A stretch of DNA of 63,678 bases, counting the filler, from Guillardia theta CCMP2712 (lineage: Eukaryota; Protista; Cryptophyta), in assembly GCF_000315625.1 (NCBI RefSeq). It is 4 parts of 4 records of this genome, joined end to end, with 100 filler letters (N's around TTAATTAATTAA, not from the genome) between each part and the next. Parts side by side here need not be neighbours in the genome. Positions count along the whole stretch, not along the records: positions 1 to 29,835 come from NW_005434463.1; 3 more parts are not named here. One strand, given 5' to 3'. Of the stretch, positions 1 to 10,827 are shown in pieces. The first letter of the stretch is position 1. Each line of letters starts with the position of its first letter. Made by a program: the position numbers and the translations under genes. The notes beneath the pieces are model-generated. The model searched no databases. It was not told where the DNA came from and worked only from the letters and a program-made list of their open reading frames with translations.

Positions 1-97
1 GGAGGAGGAGGAGGAAGGGGAAGGGGAAGGGAAGTGGTTGGGTTGGGGTTGGGTTGGGTTGGGTTGGGTTGGGGAGGAGGGAAGGGTTGTGATGGTG

Positions 98-1359
98 CTA
101 GTGGACGAGAACCGTGTTGTCGTTGCTGACGGTCGCGAGGAATGAGCCCGAGGAGTCGAAGCAGCAGCCGTTGATTCGCTTCTTGTGAACCCGCACCTCC
201 CCACCTGCTCTCCTCCCTCTCCCTCTCTCCCCCCCTCTTCCTCCCCCTCTCCCCCTCGAAGCTTCCACAGCCTCAGCAAGTGTCCCCCTGCAATCGCTCA
301 GCGGGCTCGAGCAGGGCAGGCGCTCACCGAACAGAGAGCTTCCCTCCACGCTCGCGAGCACTCGCCCTCCCCCTAGGCACAGTCACGCCTGCCTCCTGCC
401 TCCTCTTCCTCCTCCTCCCTCCTCTTTGCACCTGGCTGGAACGCGCATCCTGTGACGCTCTGCTGGCACCGAAGCAGCTCGACGACTTCCCCGTCCTCGA
501 CGCGCAGGAGCCTCAGCTGCTTGTCCTCCCCGCCCACACAGAAAACTTTCCCGTCCGGGTGGAAGGCACAGCAGGTCACCTCCGAGCTCCGGAGAGAGCG
601 CATGGACTTCTTGCTCTGTTGACACCAAACAGAAGAGGAGGGAAAGGGAGGGGAGGGCAGAGGAGGAGAGGGGAGGGGAGGGGAGAGAGGGGAGGGGTCG
701 GTCAGTACCCTGAGCTTGAGGGGTCAGGTCACCTTGATATGCTTCAGGCAGGGCTCGGGGATTTTGATGTCCCAGATGCAGACGCCTCCATCAGCAGCAC
801 CAGAGACGAGGAGCGAAGCAGAGGAGGGGGAGAAACAGCAGCACAGGACCCACCCCGCGTGCTCTCGCAGCACCTTGACGCACTTGCCGTCCTTCACTCG
901 CCAGATCCTCACCGTCTCGTCCGTCGAGCCGCTGCACAGCACTCGACCCGAGGAGTTGAAGCTGCACGCACGTCACGCGACCACGAGAGGAGGAGGGAAG
1001 GAAGGGAGAGGAGGAGCTAAGAACCTGCAGCAGCGGATGGAACCCCCGTAGCCTTTGAGGAGGAGGCTGTGCTCGCCGTCGCTCTCCTCCGCCTCCTCTC
1101 GCAGCATCTTCTCTACGTCCCACAGTCGCAGAGTCTCATCGGCTGAGCCGCTAGCCAGCAAAGAACCCTGACGGTTGAAGCTGCAGCACGTCACCCAGCC
1201 CGAGTGCCCCCGGAGCCGATGAGACCAGCCGTCGCTGAGCCGCCACAGCATGAGGGTCAAGTCGAGAGAGCCCGAGCACAGCACGTCATCTTGCGGGGAG
1301 AACGCACAGCACGTCACGCTGCTCCTATGAAGCTTCAGGGATGCGCATTCCTTCGCCAT
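98..1359 (-). CDS. WD40-repeat (beta-propeller) protein, multi-exon
   Basis: Successive exons encode GH...WD-type repeats: LHRSSVTCCAFSPQDDVLCSGSLDLTLMLW, LRGHSGWVTCCSFNRQGSLLASGSADETLRLWD, EHAGWVLCCCFSP..LLVSGAADGGVCIWD, VHKKRINGCCFDSSGSFLATVSNDNTV. GT-AG introns carry purine-rich repeats. Confidence 0.9.
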
Positions 1360-1665
1360 CGCGAAAGGAAGCAGAGGACTGGAGCTTAAGGTGGGAAGGA
1401 GGTAGTCGCGAAGAAGCGAGACATTGTCGGAACCTTCTTGCCTGATGTGTCTTCACGTCAGCTCTTCCGCGTCCCTCGTTCCCTTCCCTCATTTCTTCAT
1501 TTCCTACTGGTCCCGCGCATAATCATTCCTTCACTCTCTGCTCCGCTTCCCCTACTTCCCTTCCCTTCCCTCCCCTCCCCTCCCCTCCCCTCCCCTCCCC
1601 TCCCCTCCCCTCCCCTTCCCTTCCCCTTCCCTTCCCTTCCCGTCCCTGCCCTGCCCTGCCCTGCC

Positions 1666-2552
1666 NNNNNNNNNNNNNNNNNNNNNNNNNNNNNNNNNNN
1701 NNNNNNNNNNNNNNNNNNNNNNNNNNNNNNNNNNNNNNNNNNNNNNNNNNNNNNNNNNNNNNNNNNNNNNNNNNNNNNNNNNNNNNNNNNNNNNNNNNNN
1801 NNNNNNNNNNNNNNNNNNNNNNNNNNNNNNNNNNNNNNNNNNNNNNNNNNNNNNNNNNNNNNNNNNNNNNNNNNNNNNNNNNNNNNNNNNNNNNNNNNNN
1901 NNNNNNNNNNNNNNNNNNNNNNNNNNNNNNNNNNNNNNNNNNNNNNNNNNNNNNNNNNNNNNNNNNNNNNNNNNNNNNNNNNNNNNNNNNNNNNNNNNNN
2001 NNNNNNNNNNNNNNNNNNNNNNNNNNNNNNNNNNNNNNNNNNNNNNNNNNNNNNNNNNNNNNNNNNNNNNNNNNNNNNNNNNNNNNNNNNNNNNNNNNNN
2101 NNNNNNNNNNNNNNNNNNNNNNNNNNNNNNNNNNNNNNNNNNNNNNNNNNNNNNNNNNNNNNNNNNNNNNNNNNNNNNNNNNNNNNNNNNNNNNNNNNNN
2201 NNNNNNNNNNNNNNNNNNNNNNNNNNNNNNNNNNNNNNNNNNNNNNNNNNNNNNNNNNNNNNNNNNNNNNNNNNNNNNNNNNNNNNNNNNNNNNNNNNNN
2301 NNNNNNNNNNNNNNNNNNNNNNNNNNNNNNNNNNNNNNNNNNNNNNNNNNNNNNNNNNNNNNNNNNNNNNNNNNNNNNNNNNNNNNNNNNNNNNNNNNNN
2401 NNNNNNNNNNNNNNNNNNNNNNNNNNNNNNNNNNNNNNNNNNNNNNNNNNNNNNNNNNNNNNNNNNNNNNNNNNNNNNNNNNNNNNNNNNNNNNNNNNNN
2501 NNNNNNNNNNNNNNNNNNNNNNNNNNNNNNNNNNNNNNNNNNNNNNNNNNNN
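1666..2552. other. Assembly gap (N run) flanked by pyrimidine-rich simple repeat
   Basis: Run of N; ORFs crossing it are artefacts. Confidence 1.
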
Positions 2553-2837
2553 CTCTTCCCCATCGCCTGTTGGTCGCCGATGACAGACGGTAGACTACCC
2601 CACCCGTGAGATGCCTTACCACCCCCACCCCTAGGGAGTCCCTCTCAAGGAACCCGGTAGCTACACCGCGGAGACGCGGCAATGAGACAGCAGGGAGGGA
2701 GCCTCGGAGGGAGGGAGGGAAGGGGAGGGGGGGTAAGGTGTATGATGCAGCAGGTCTAGAGTTCTGCACAGGTTGGTCGACCTCAGTAGTGACAGATGAC
2801 AGGCAGCAAAGATGAAGTAGAGATGAAGACAGAGAGA

Positions 2838-2911
2838 GTCTTGTAGGATTAGCAGAGATGAAGTCTTGTAGGATTAGCATAAGATTAGCAGAGATGAAGT
2901 CTTGTAGGATT
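2838..2911 (+). repeat. Short imperfect tandem repeat (~25 bp unit GTCTTGTAGGATTAGCAGAGATGAA, about 3 copies)
   Basis: GTCTTGTAGGATT occurs three times, separated by AGCAGAGATGAA-containing segments. Confidence 0.8.
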
Positions 2912-2944
2912 CAATTGGGTTATAATCTGATAGCGGCAGGCAAC

Positions 2945-4651
2945 ATGGATTTGGTAAGCAGCTCCATGCTCTCGCGCTCGTGGTAGGTTTCTGGGGCACG
3001 TGGAGTGAAGGTTGACGTGGAGCAGGACGAATGAGCAGCCTGTGGGATTGGCGGGGATCGGACTCCTCATGCAGCAGGTGAGCCCACCAAGTAGCTCCGG
3101 GGCATCCCATGCTGACAGACTGGCAGGACTTCAAACAAGACGGTGAGAGCGGAGGGCCTCACAGCAAAGTCTTCATCAAGAGCGTCGTTCATGGAGGCTC
3201 CTGCCATCGTGATGGTGTTGTTCAGGCGCGTGCTGGTGCTGGTGGTGGGGTGATTGACGGGCTGAGACAGGAAGGCGACAAGATCCTGCAAGTCAACGGG
3301 GAGAACGTGGTTGGGTACTCGGTCGCTGACATCAGAGAGCGGATCGTTGGACCGATTGGCTCATACGTGCGTGTGGTGTTTGAGAAGGCAAGCAGCGGAG
3401 AAACCTTCGAGGTGAGGCCCTTGTGAGCATGCGCACGCGGGTGGCTGATGCAGCAGCAGAGAACTCTGATGCGAGGCAACCCTCAGTCGTTCGAGCAGCC
3501 GAAGGCATCCAACGACATCAACTCTAGTCAGGTGCAGCCCCTCCCGTGACCCGCCTAGTCAGCCTGGTGACCTTGAGGCTCTTCAGATGCTGTCGCGTTC
3601 GATGGACAACCGTCTGCTGAGGTGCAACCCGATCGAACTGACTGGCGCGCTTGAAGCAGCTCCTGACGGCTCCTCCCTCTTCCTCCAGGCAAAGTCTACC
3701 CGGCCGATCCACCCTGCTGCCTCCTTCCGTATCCGCCAACGACACCGAGTCAGCCCGCCTGAAGAGCAAGGCACTGAACAGATGCCCCCTCGCCTGCTCA
3801 GACTCTGACTGAAGGCTCACAGATCATCGAGCTCGAGTCTCAGCTGGTCTCGACGACGGACGAGCTGTGAGTGCCTGCGGTGGGTCTCATCGTCCCTCAC
3901 ATGCTCGGGCTGCAGGCAGCGCACCAAGGCTCTGCTAGAGAACGACAGGTTCACCAACGTGAGGACTGCGCGAGAGATCGACGCCATCCAACGCAAGAAC
4001 AAGGAGCAGGAACAGCCCAGCTCGCCCTCTGCTGCCTCTTGACCGACATGGCAGGTGCTGGAGTTGCAGAGCTTGCTCGGAAAAAGCGAGCAGAATCGGA
4101 GGGAGTTAGAGTCGCAGTTGTCCAACAGCAAGGCGAGAGAAGAAGAATTCCATCTCGCGTTCAACCGTGCCAAGGAGGAGACGGAGGCGAGGGAGAACTA
4201 CTTTGCGGAGCTGAAGAGGCACTACGACGAGTCCAGGTCGCAGCTCGAACGTGAAATCTCTGCGTTGCGCGATGCCAAGACCGACACTGAGAGGTGAGAG
4301 GAGCGAAGGTGCACGTGACTCCCTGACCTGCTTGCAGGGCTCGAGCGATGGCAGAAGAGAAAGCCGGGAAGATGCAAGCTGAGCTCAACACGATGAAGCA
4401 GAAGGAGAAGGATCGTAGAGAGAAGGAAGAGACTGTCAGGCAGATGCTGCATGAGAGTGAGATGAAGCTCTTGGAGGCAAGGAAGTTGGAGGAACAGGTT
4501 CTACCCTCCCCTTCTTCTTTCCTGTCTCACCAGTGTGCAGGTGCGAGCCCAATCGAACAATCTCTACCTCGCCATCACCCAGTGGCACAAGGACTACTTC
4601 GTGAACCGAGCGAACCAGGACCTTGAGCTCGAGCAGTACTTCCATGCGTGA
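2945..4651 (+). CDS. PDZ-domain + coiled-coil protein, multi-exon (start codon uncertain)
   Basis: PDZ signature VFIKSVVHGGSCHRDGVVQ/EGDKILQVNGENVVGYSVADIRERIVGPIGSYVRVVF, then E/K/R-rich heptad exons (ELQSLLGKSEQNRRELESQL...). Last exon ends LEQYFHA* at 4651. Confidence 0.8.
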
Positions 4652-4656
4652 AGGAG

Positions 4657-4842
4657 TGTCAGTGTCAGTGTCAGTGTCAGTGTCAGTGTCAGTGTCAGTG
4701 TCAGTGTCAGTGTCAGTGTCAGTGTCAGTGTCAGTGTCAGTGTCAGTGTCAGTGTCAGTGTCAGTGTCAGTGTCAGTGTCAGTGTCAGTGTCAGTGTCAG
4801 TGTCAGTGTCAGTGTCAGTGTCAGTGTCAGTGTCAGTGTCAG
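4657..4842 (+). repeat. (TGTCAG)n hexanucleotide microsatellite, about 31 units
   Basis: Perfect tandem array between two convergent gene 3' ends. Confidence 0.98.
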
Positions 4843-4968
4843 GACCTCCTAGAGGATTGAGGTGGAGCAGCGTTGGGTAGGGTTACCCCATGCGCTTTAA
4901 TGGAGATATCAGAAACAAGCTCTTGACTCGCGTCTCGTCGATGTTACTGTCACACGGCTCCTCAGCCC

Positions 4969-7900
4969 CTAGTCCAACCCTGTGTCCATCGACTCTCCTT
5001 GCGGCTCCTTCGCCTCCGCCGGCTGCTCGTCCTTGGGGGTTTCTGAACCTGAACAGTGTCAGCCGCCCCAACATGGAGGGGAGGAGAGGCTTCACCGGCA
5101 GCCTCAGGCTTGGGCGAGTCACTCGTCTCCTCCTTCTTCTCCTCCGCCTGCTTCCCGTCACTCGCATGGACGGCAGCTGCTGGGCTCACCTTGGGCTTGG
5201 GCGGGGCGGGCTTGGGCTTGTTCATGATGGGCTTGCAAGTGCTGACGATCATCTCCCTGCGAGGGCGTGAGGGCGCGAAAAGGCTGCACGTGCAGACCTC
5301 TTGGCGTTGATGTCCCTGCATAGCACCACCGGCTGCTCCGTCTTGGGCTTCACTGCCTGCTGGGCCTGCATGCTTTCCATCCAAGCCGCAGCTTCGTCGA
5401 CCGTCGACTTAACCTGAAAGCACGACCGTCCCATCAGCACGTGCCGATCATGCAAGGGCAGGAGGAGAGGAGAGGAGAGGAGAGGAGAGGAGGGGGAGGA
5501 ACAGGAGAGAAGTGGGAAGGGACAGCAGGGAACCTTGGAACGGTCGTCGACGCTGATGTGCTCGTATGCTGGGTCCTGAGTGGCAGCGAGGTTTGCGTAC
5601 TCGTCGATGACCTGAATGCGGGTCACGTGAAATGACATGGCTAAGGGCTGACGCTTGACCTTCTTGAGCTCAGAGAAGGCGAGGCCGCGCTCGTCGTCCT
5701 CACGGTAGCGAAGATCTTGACTAGAGTCAGACTTGACATGGCCGGGCGTTGCCTGGCTGACCTGCTGGGTCTCCGAACTTCTTCAGCTCGTCAAGTTTCG
5801 CAACGAAGGTTGACTTGTTCGCGGCCTTCACCGTAAGTCAGCTCAAGTCGCCTCGGACTCGGTCCTGGTCACCTCAGCCTCCTCATCGTACAGCCAGTTC
5901 TCCATCGACTCGAGGAGAGGCAGGAAGGCCTGCTTGTCCGCCTGACCCTCCTCGTCAGACATGAAGGTGAGACTGCAACCGACTTGCCTCGCTCATGAAT
6001 TCACTCAAATTGCCTCCCGACACTCTGGCATCAAAGTCACACCATCATCAGCCCCAGGCCAGGAGCTCACCGGTCGCGCATCTGGTAGATGTAAGCTTCG
6101 AGGTCGTTCTTAGCCTCGTGGAGAGCCTTGATCTGCGATTGAAGTCACAGCAGCGACTTGTCCCTCCCTTCCTCCCTTCCTCCCTTCCTCCCTGCCTTAC
6201 CAGACGATCCTGAGTTGCCATCTCGAACTCTTCGTTCTTGAACTGGTCGATGAGCTCTCTTGACAGCTGGAACGCTGCTCGACCGCGTCACTGTCTCGAC
6301 ACGACTCATCTCTGACCTCACCTGCTTTGTTGACCACAGGGAGGTTATGCTTCCTCAGCTTCTTCTTCTTTGGCTCAGATTCGGCAGGAGCTGCCTGTTC
6401 ACAGCACTTGTCATGACACCTCCATTGACCTCGCTCCCTCTCACCGGCTTCTCCTGCTCAGCGATGTTCTGGCCGCTTGGCTCAGAAGCCGGAGTGTCGT
6501 CACTGCAAACGTTTCACATTCCGGACAACAGATGCAGTCAAACGCGACCTGGGAGCCTCCGCTGGTTTCGCGTCAGGCATAGGAGTGTCGGCAGCTGCGT
6601 TGCATCAGCATGCGTCAGCGACCAGGGAAGAGAAAGATGAGCAAGTAGTTGTGTACATACCAGCTTGCGCAGGCTTCTCTTCCTCCTCCGCGTCAACCTC
6701 TTCCACCGCCTGTTCTCAGCGTCAGCAAGACGCTTCCTTCCTCAGCAACGCTAACCTGCGCTGACTCCACCGCAAGCACTCCATTCATGTCGAGCCTGAC
6801 CTTGACCTTGACCTTGACAAGCGTCAGCCATGACGGCGGGAGATGCCAACCAGAACCTTTGATGGCCCTCCATCGGCAGCTGCTGGGATGTTGGTGATGG
6901 AGAAGTTGCCAATGATCGGGGAGGATCCTCGCGTCAAGGCCTGCGAGCCTCTGGTCACCCGACAATCGCTGAAAAGACTGAGGAGGTTACAGATTGGTCC
7001 GCATACGAAGCTGAAATGTCGAAGGCGTTGGATCTCATGAAAGTGAGCATCTGATAGCTTGTCAGGGTTGCCATGGATGCCAACACGAGCAAACACCTTA
7101 GAAGACGGGAGGACGTTGTGTTCCGAGAAGACAACGTTGCCCTTCGCAGAGCCGCCTCCTTCAACCTGCAACAACATCACCACGTTGATTCGTGTGCAGT
7201 GCAAGGAAGAACCTCCATCGCCTGATCTCCTCCGGTCGAGCTCGTCCAGCTCAAGGAGATCGCGTACGGAGTGCTGTCCAACACCTAGCACGAGTTTCGA
7301 TCACCTCAACTCCCCAAGCTTCACTTGCGGCACCTGAAACTCACGGACGCGAAAGTTGGGGGAGATCATGGCGCCCATCAATGCGCAGCCCTTAGAAACA
7401 GCCTGCACAAGTGGGAATGAGGGCACAGCAAGGAAGGAGGGTGGGGGTGGGGGGCAGGGCGGGGGAGAGAGGTGGCGGAACCTCCTCTGAGTTCATCGTC
7501 CTCTGGGGCTCTTTGCCGATGAAGTCTTTGATGGCGTTGACGATGAGCGGCGAGCGAGTGGCGGAACCCACGACCTGAGAGCAGCGTCAGAGGCAGCCGG
7601 AGCAACTCGCTATTCATACCTCAACGCTGTCAATCTGATCGAAGGTGAGCTGTGTGGGAAGCTGTCAGTGAACAAGCTGTGAACAGCATTCCTCGCTTCT
7701 TCTCTCCTCTCTCTGACGCCCATCTCTCTCTCCTGAGTCCCCGCACCTTGGAGTCGGAGATGACCTTCTTGATCGATTCGAGAGATTTCTCGACCAGACC
7801 TAGAGACAACATCACATCCCGCACCCGCGGGCTCGAGCCCAAGGTCAGAGGCACCTTTCACGAGAGAAGCGAAGATGTCGGTATCCAACATGCTCGAGAA

Positions 7901-8872
7901 GTCGTGGTCTTCCTGCAATCATTCACTTCAGTTCGATAAATCTCCATGTCCCTCCAGCTCGGCTCTTACCTGCAGGCACTCGACGTTGATCGGCAGCTTC
8001 CCGTACGCAGCGTAACCACTGAGCTGCTGCTTGACTTTGTCGATCGCTGCCATCATTCTCAGGACTGCCTTGGGAGAGTCCAGCAGGTTCAATTTCTTGG
8101 AGGCCTTCCACTCAGCTGCGAAATGCTCCAGCACAGCCCAATCGAAGTCACGGCCGCCAAGGTTGCGGTCGAAGGCGGACGCCAGCACAGTCATCTTGCT
8201 CTTGGTGAAGGCGACGATGCAGGCCTGGGTGGAGCTGTGGCCCATGTCGAAGAAGAGGACGTTCTTGGGAGGCGCGGAGTCGTCAGGCAGCTCCAGAGAC
8301 TTGGGCAGACCCCAGCAGAGAGCAGCTGCAGCAGTCTCGTTCATGAGGCGAAGGACATTCAACCCAGCGATGGTGGCTGCGTCCAGGACAGCTCTTCGCT
8401 CAGCATCAGTGAACCAGCATGGCACTGAGATCACGCAGTCGGGGGAAGGGCCCTTGTTGTGACCCTCAGCCGTGTGCATGAGGTTGACGAAGAGCATGGC
8501 GAGCAGCTGCTCGGGGGTGTACGCCTTCATCTCGCACTCTCCTCCGTCCTTCTCGTACTGGAGGTGGACAAGAATCGAGCCGTCGTTGCCCTCAGAGACC
8601 TTGAAGGGGAACTTGGCAATGTCCGCCTGCAAGTCAGCATCTACCCAGCGCCTCCCGATCAATCGCTTCAGCTCCGAGGCAGTGTTCTTGATGTTGGAAT
8701 TGATCTTGGCAACTGCTGCCTGGCCCAAGCTTCGTTCCTTTCCTCCAAGGCCAACCATGCAAGGAGTCTTTCTGGAGCTTGCCTCGTTGTCGATGACATC
8801 GATGCCTCCCTTCCTTGCAATCGCAATCACACAGTTTTGGTTACCAAAGTCGAGACCCCATGGGAATCCCAT
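4969..8872 (-). CDS. Hsp110/Sse-type Hsp70-family nucleotide exchange factor (HSPA4-like), multi-exon
   Basis: GLDFGNQNCVIAIARKGGIDVIDNEASSRKTP, LRLMNETAAAAL, NLGGRDFD, INVECL, KVKVRLDMNGV, AKNDLEAYIY, WLYDEE, IMNKPKPAPPK. Spliced C-terminus ...ESMDTGLD*. Confidence 0.95.
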
Positions 8873-9393
8873 CCTGCCATGAAGGAGTAAGAAAACGTGA
8901 AGCAGCATTAGGAAGGATGAGAATGAAAGCAAGCGAGCTTTGTTTCACGATTCTTTCTCCTCGACATCTATGTTCTGTTGGCTAGACATGCAACCTTGCA
9001 GCCTCGTCGATTCTTGTCACGATCAACCAGCGGGTACTCAAATTGCAGCGACACGAACCATCAGTCACCTCGACTGCAGCACACACACGCATCCCATCTC
9101 TAGCTGAGACTGAAGCATTCTCAGGTTACACTTGCTTTCTAGACGCTAAAGCTCGAGTCCTCTCAGTTGGTTCCCACATCGCTCTTCAAACCCTCGAGCC
9201 CTCGCATCGTTGACTCTAACAACATGGATGTTGCCCTCGCCTCTAGCTCCTGCTAGTGTTGTGATCGGCTGCAGTGACACCGTCTTCTGATCTAGTTCTT
9301 CTCTTCTCTTCTCTTCTCTCTCCTCCATCTTTCTCCTCCCCTCCTCCCCATCTTTCTTGAACGCGGCATAAGCATGCAGGTCTTCCCGTGCGA

Positions 9394-10080
9394 ACTATGA
9401 ACCCCTTTCATGGTGGGTACCCCACAACTTGTTTTACCACCCTTCCATTTCTTTTATGACCCCTTATTTATCCTCAAATTACCCACCCTTTACAGTCTTT
9501 AAATTAACTATACCCCTACATTTTGTTCTTCCACCCCTCTTTTTTGTGGTACCACCCCTGCTGTTTCCCATGACTTGCTTGATTCCGAGACCCCACCACC
9601 TGGAACGCTCCACGTCGAGTACCCCCACTTCTTAGGTCTTAAAGAGGGGTACATGGGGGGTACTCCTCACCCCACGGGTCTGATCGAAAATCTCTCGTTG
9701 ACCTCGACGCCTTCCAGAAGAGGTTACCACCCCTACCCTCTTTTTGACTCATGTTAACACTATTTCAGGGGTGGGTAGTATTTGCTCGAACTTTCCTCAG
9801 GTTCGAGAAGGTCTGGGTGGGTACGTCGAGGGGTGGGTAGGTATCTTATGTGTCAGGCTATTTAAGGGGGGTAGGGTAGTCTGTACTCTGATGAGGGTAG
9901 CGGTACCGGGCCAGGATGGAGGTGTAGCCGATGTCAAGAACTTAAAAGGGTGGGTGCTGATGTCCAGGGGGTAGGGGTGGTAATGCGGTAGTATGTGTTT
10001 TAGCAAGGTGATATAGAACGAAGGGGGTAGGGGTTACTGATAACCCCCTTTCGACATTTGATAAGTAGGGGTAGTCAATG
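9394..10080. repeat. Intergenic block rich in TACCCC/ACCCAC motifs switching to GGGGTA/GTGGGT motifs
   Basis: C-run motifs dominate to ~9750 and G-run motifs dominate thereafter. No credible ORF. Confidence 0.55.
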
Positions 10081-10827
10081 TAGAAATGCCCATAGGAAGG
10101 GGTCGATTACGCCGCCGGGCGCTGCCCGGTCATCATCGGCTTTTGGTTGGCGGCCCGGCGGCGTCATGCACTGAGATGATAATGCGACTCATAACCTTCG
10201 AAGTTCCCTCTTGTTCCCTTCTCCTCTTAGCAGGTTTCTTACCATGCTCGAAACTTGTTCTCATAATTTCAAAATTTACCATAAAATTTAATTGACAAAG
10301 ACAACGTTTCAGAGCAAAAAGCGCGGGAAATCTAGTGCTACGCATGCAGAAGAGCGATGGAGAACGAGAAGAGCGGGAGAGGGAGAGGGAGAGGGAGAGG
10401 GAGAGGGAGAGAGAGGAGGGAGAGAGAGGGGAAGAGAAGGGTGGGGGAGGTTCAGGGAAAGAGGCAGGGAAGGCAAGAGGGAGAGGGAGAGAGGTGTGGG
10501 ATAGGGGGAGAGGCAGGGTGGGGGAGGAGGGGGAGGGAGAGAGAGTGAGGGAGGAGGGGGAGAGGGATGCAAAGGGAAGAGAGGGAGGGAGGGAGGGAGG
10601 GTGGGAGGGAGGGAGGGAGGGAGTGATTCCATGCTTCAGTTTTTTGTTCAATGAGGATATCTTACATGAATGATACCTATAAAAGAGTAGCAGCAACACC
10701 AGTTGATCAGCTTGTGATGTCTTGTAACCGTTTGCATGTCGTTTCATCGCTGATCGTCTTGTGCAGTTTGTGGAAGGGAGAGATCTGCGTCACATCCTAG
10801 CGATTGAGTCAAGGTGGTGCCTTGAGC

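Noticed and set aside
36-72. (GGGTT)n telomere-like tract; also CCTTAAAC-like sequence near 16100
   Set aside because: Short, internal and adjacent to other simple repeats; not a terminal array.
1438-2880. Long ORFs containing X runs (also 50514-51032 and 53218-55248)
   Set aside because: Artefacts of translating across N gaps.
2838-2911. CRISPR-like repeated 25-mer
   Set aside because: No unique spacers, only about 3 copies, eukaryotic context, no cas genes.
4623-4880. Poly-(SV)/(CQ) ORFs
   Set aside because: Translation of a TGTCAG microsatellite just after a stop codon.
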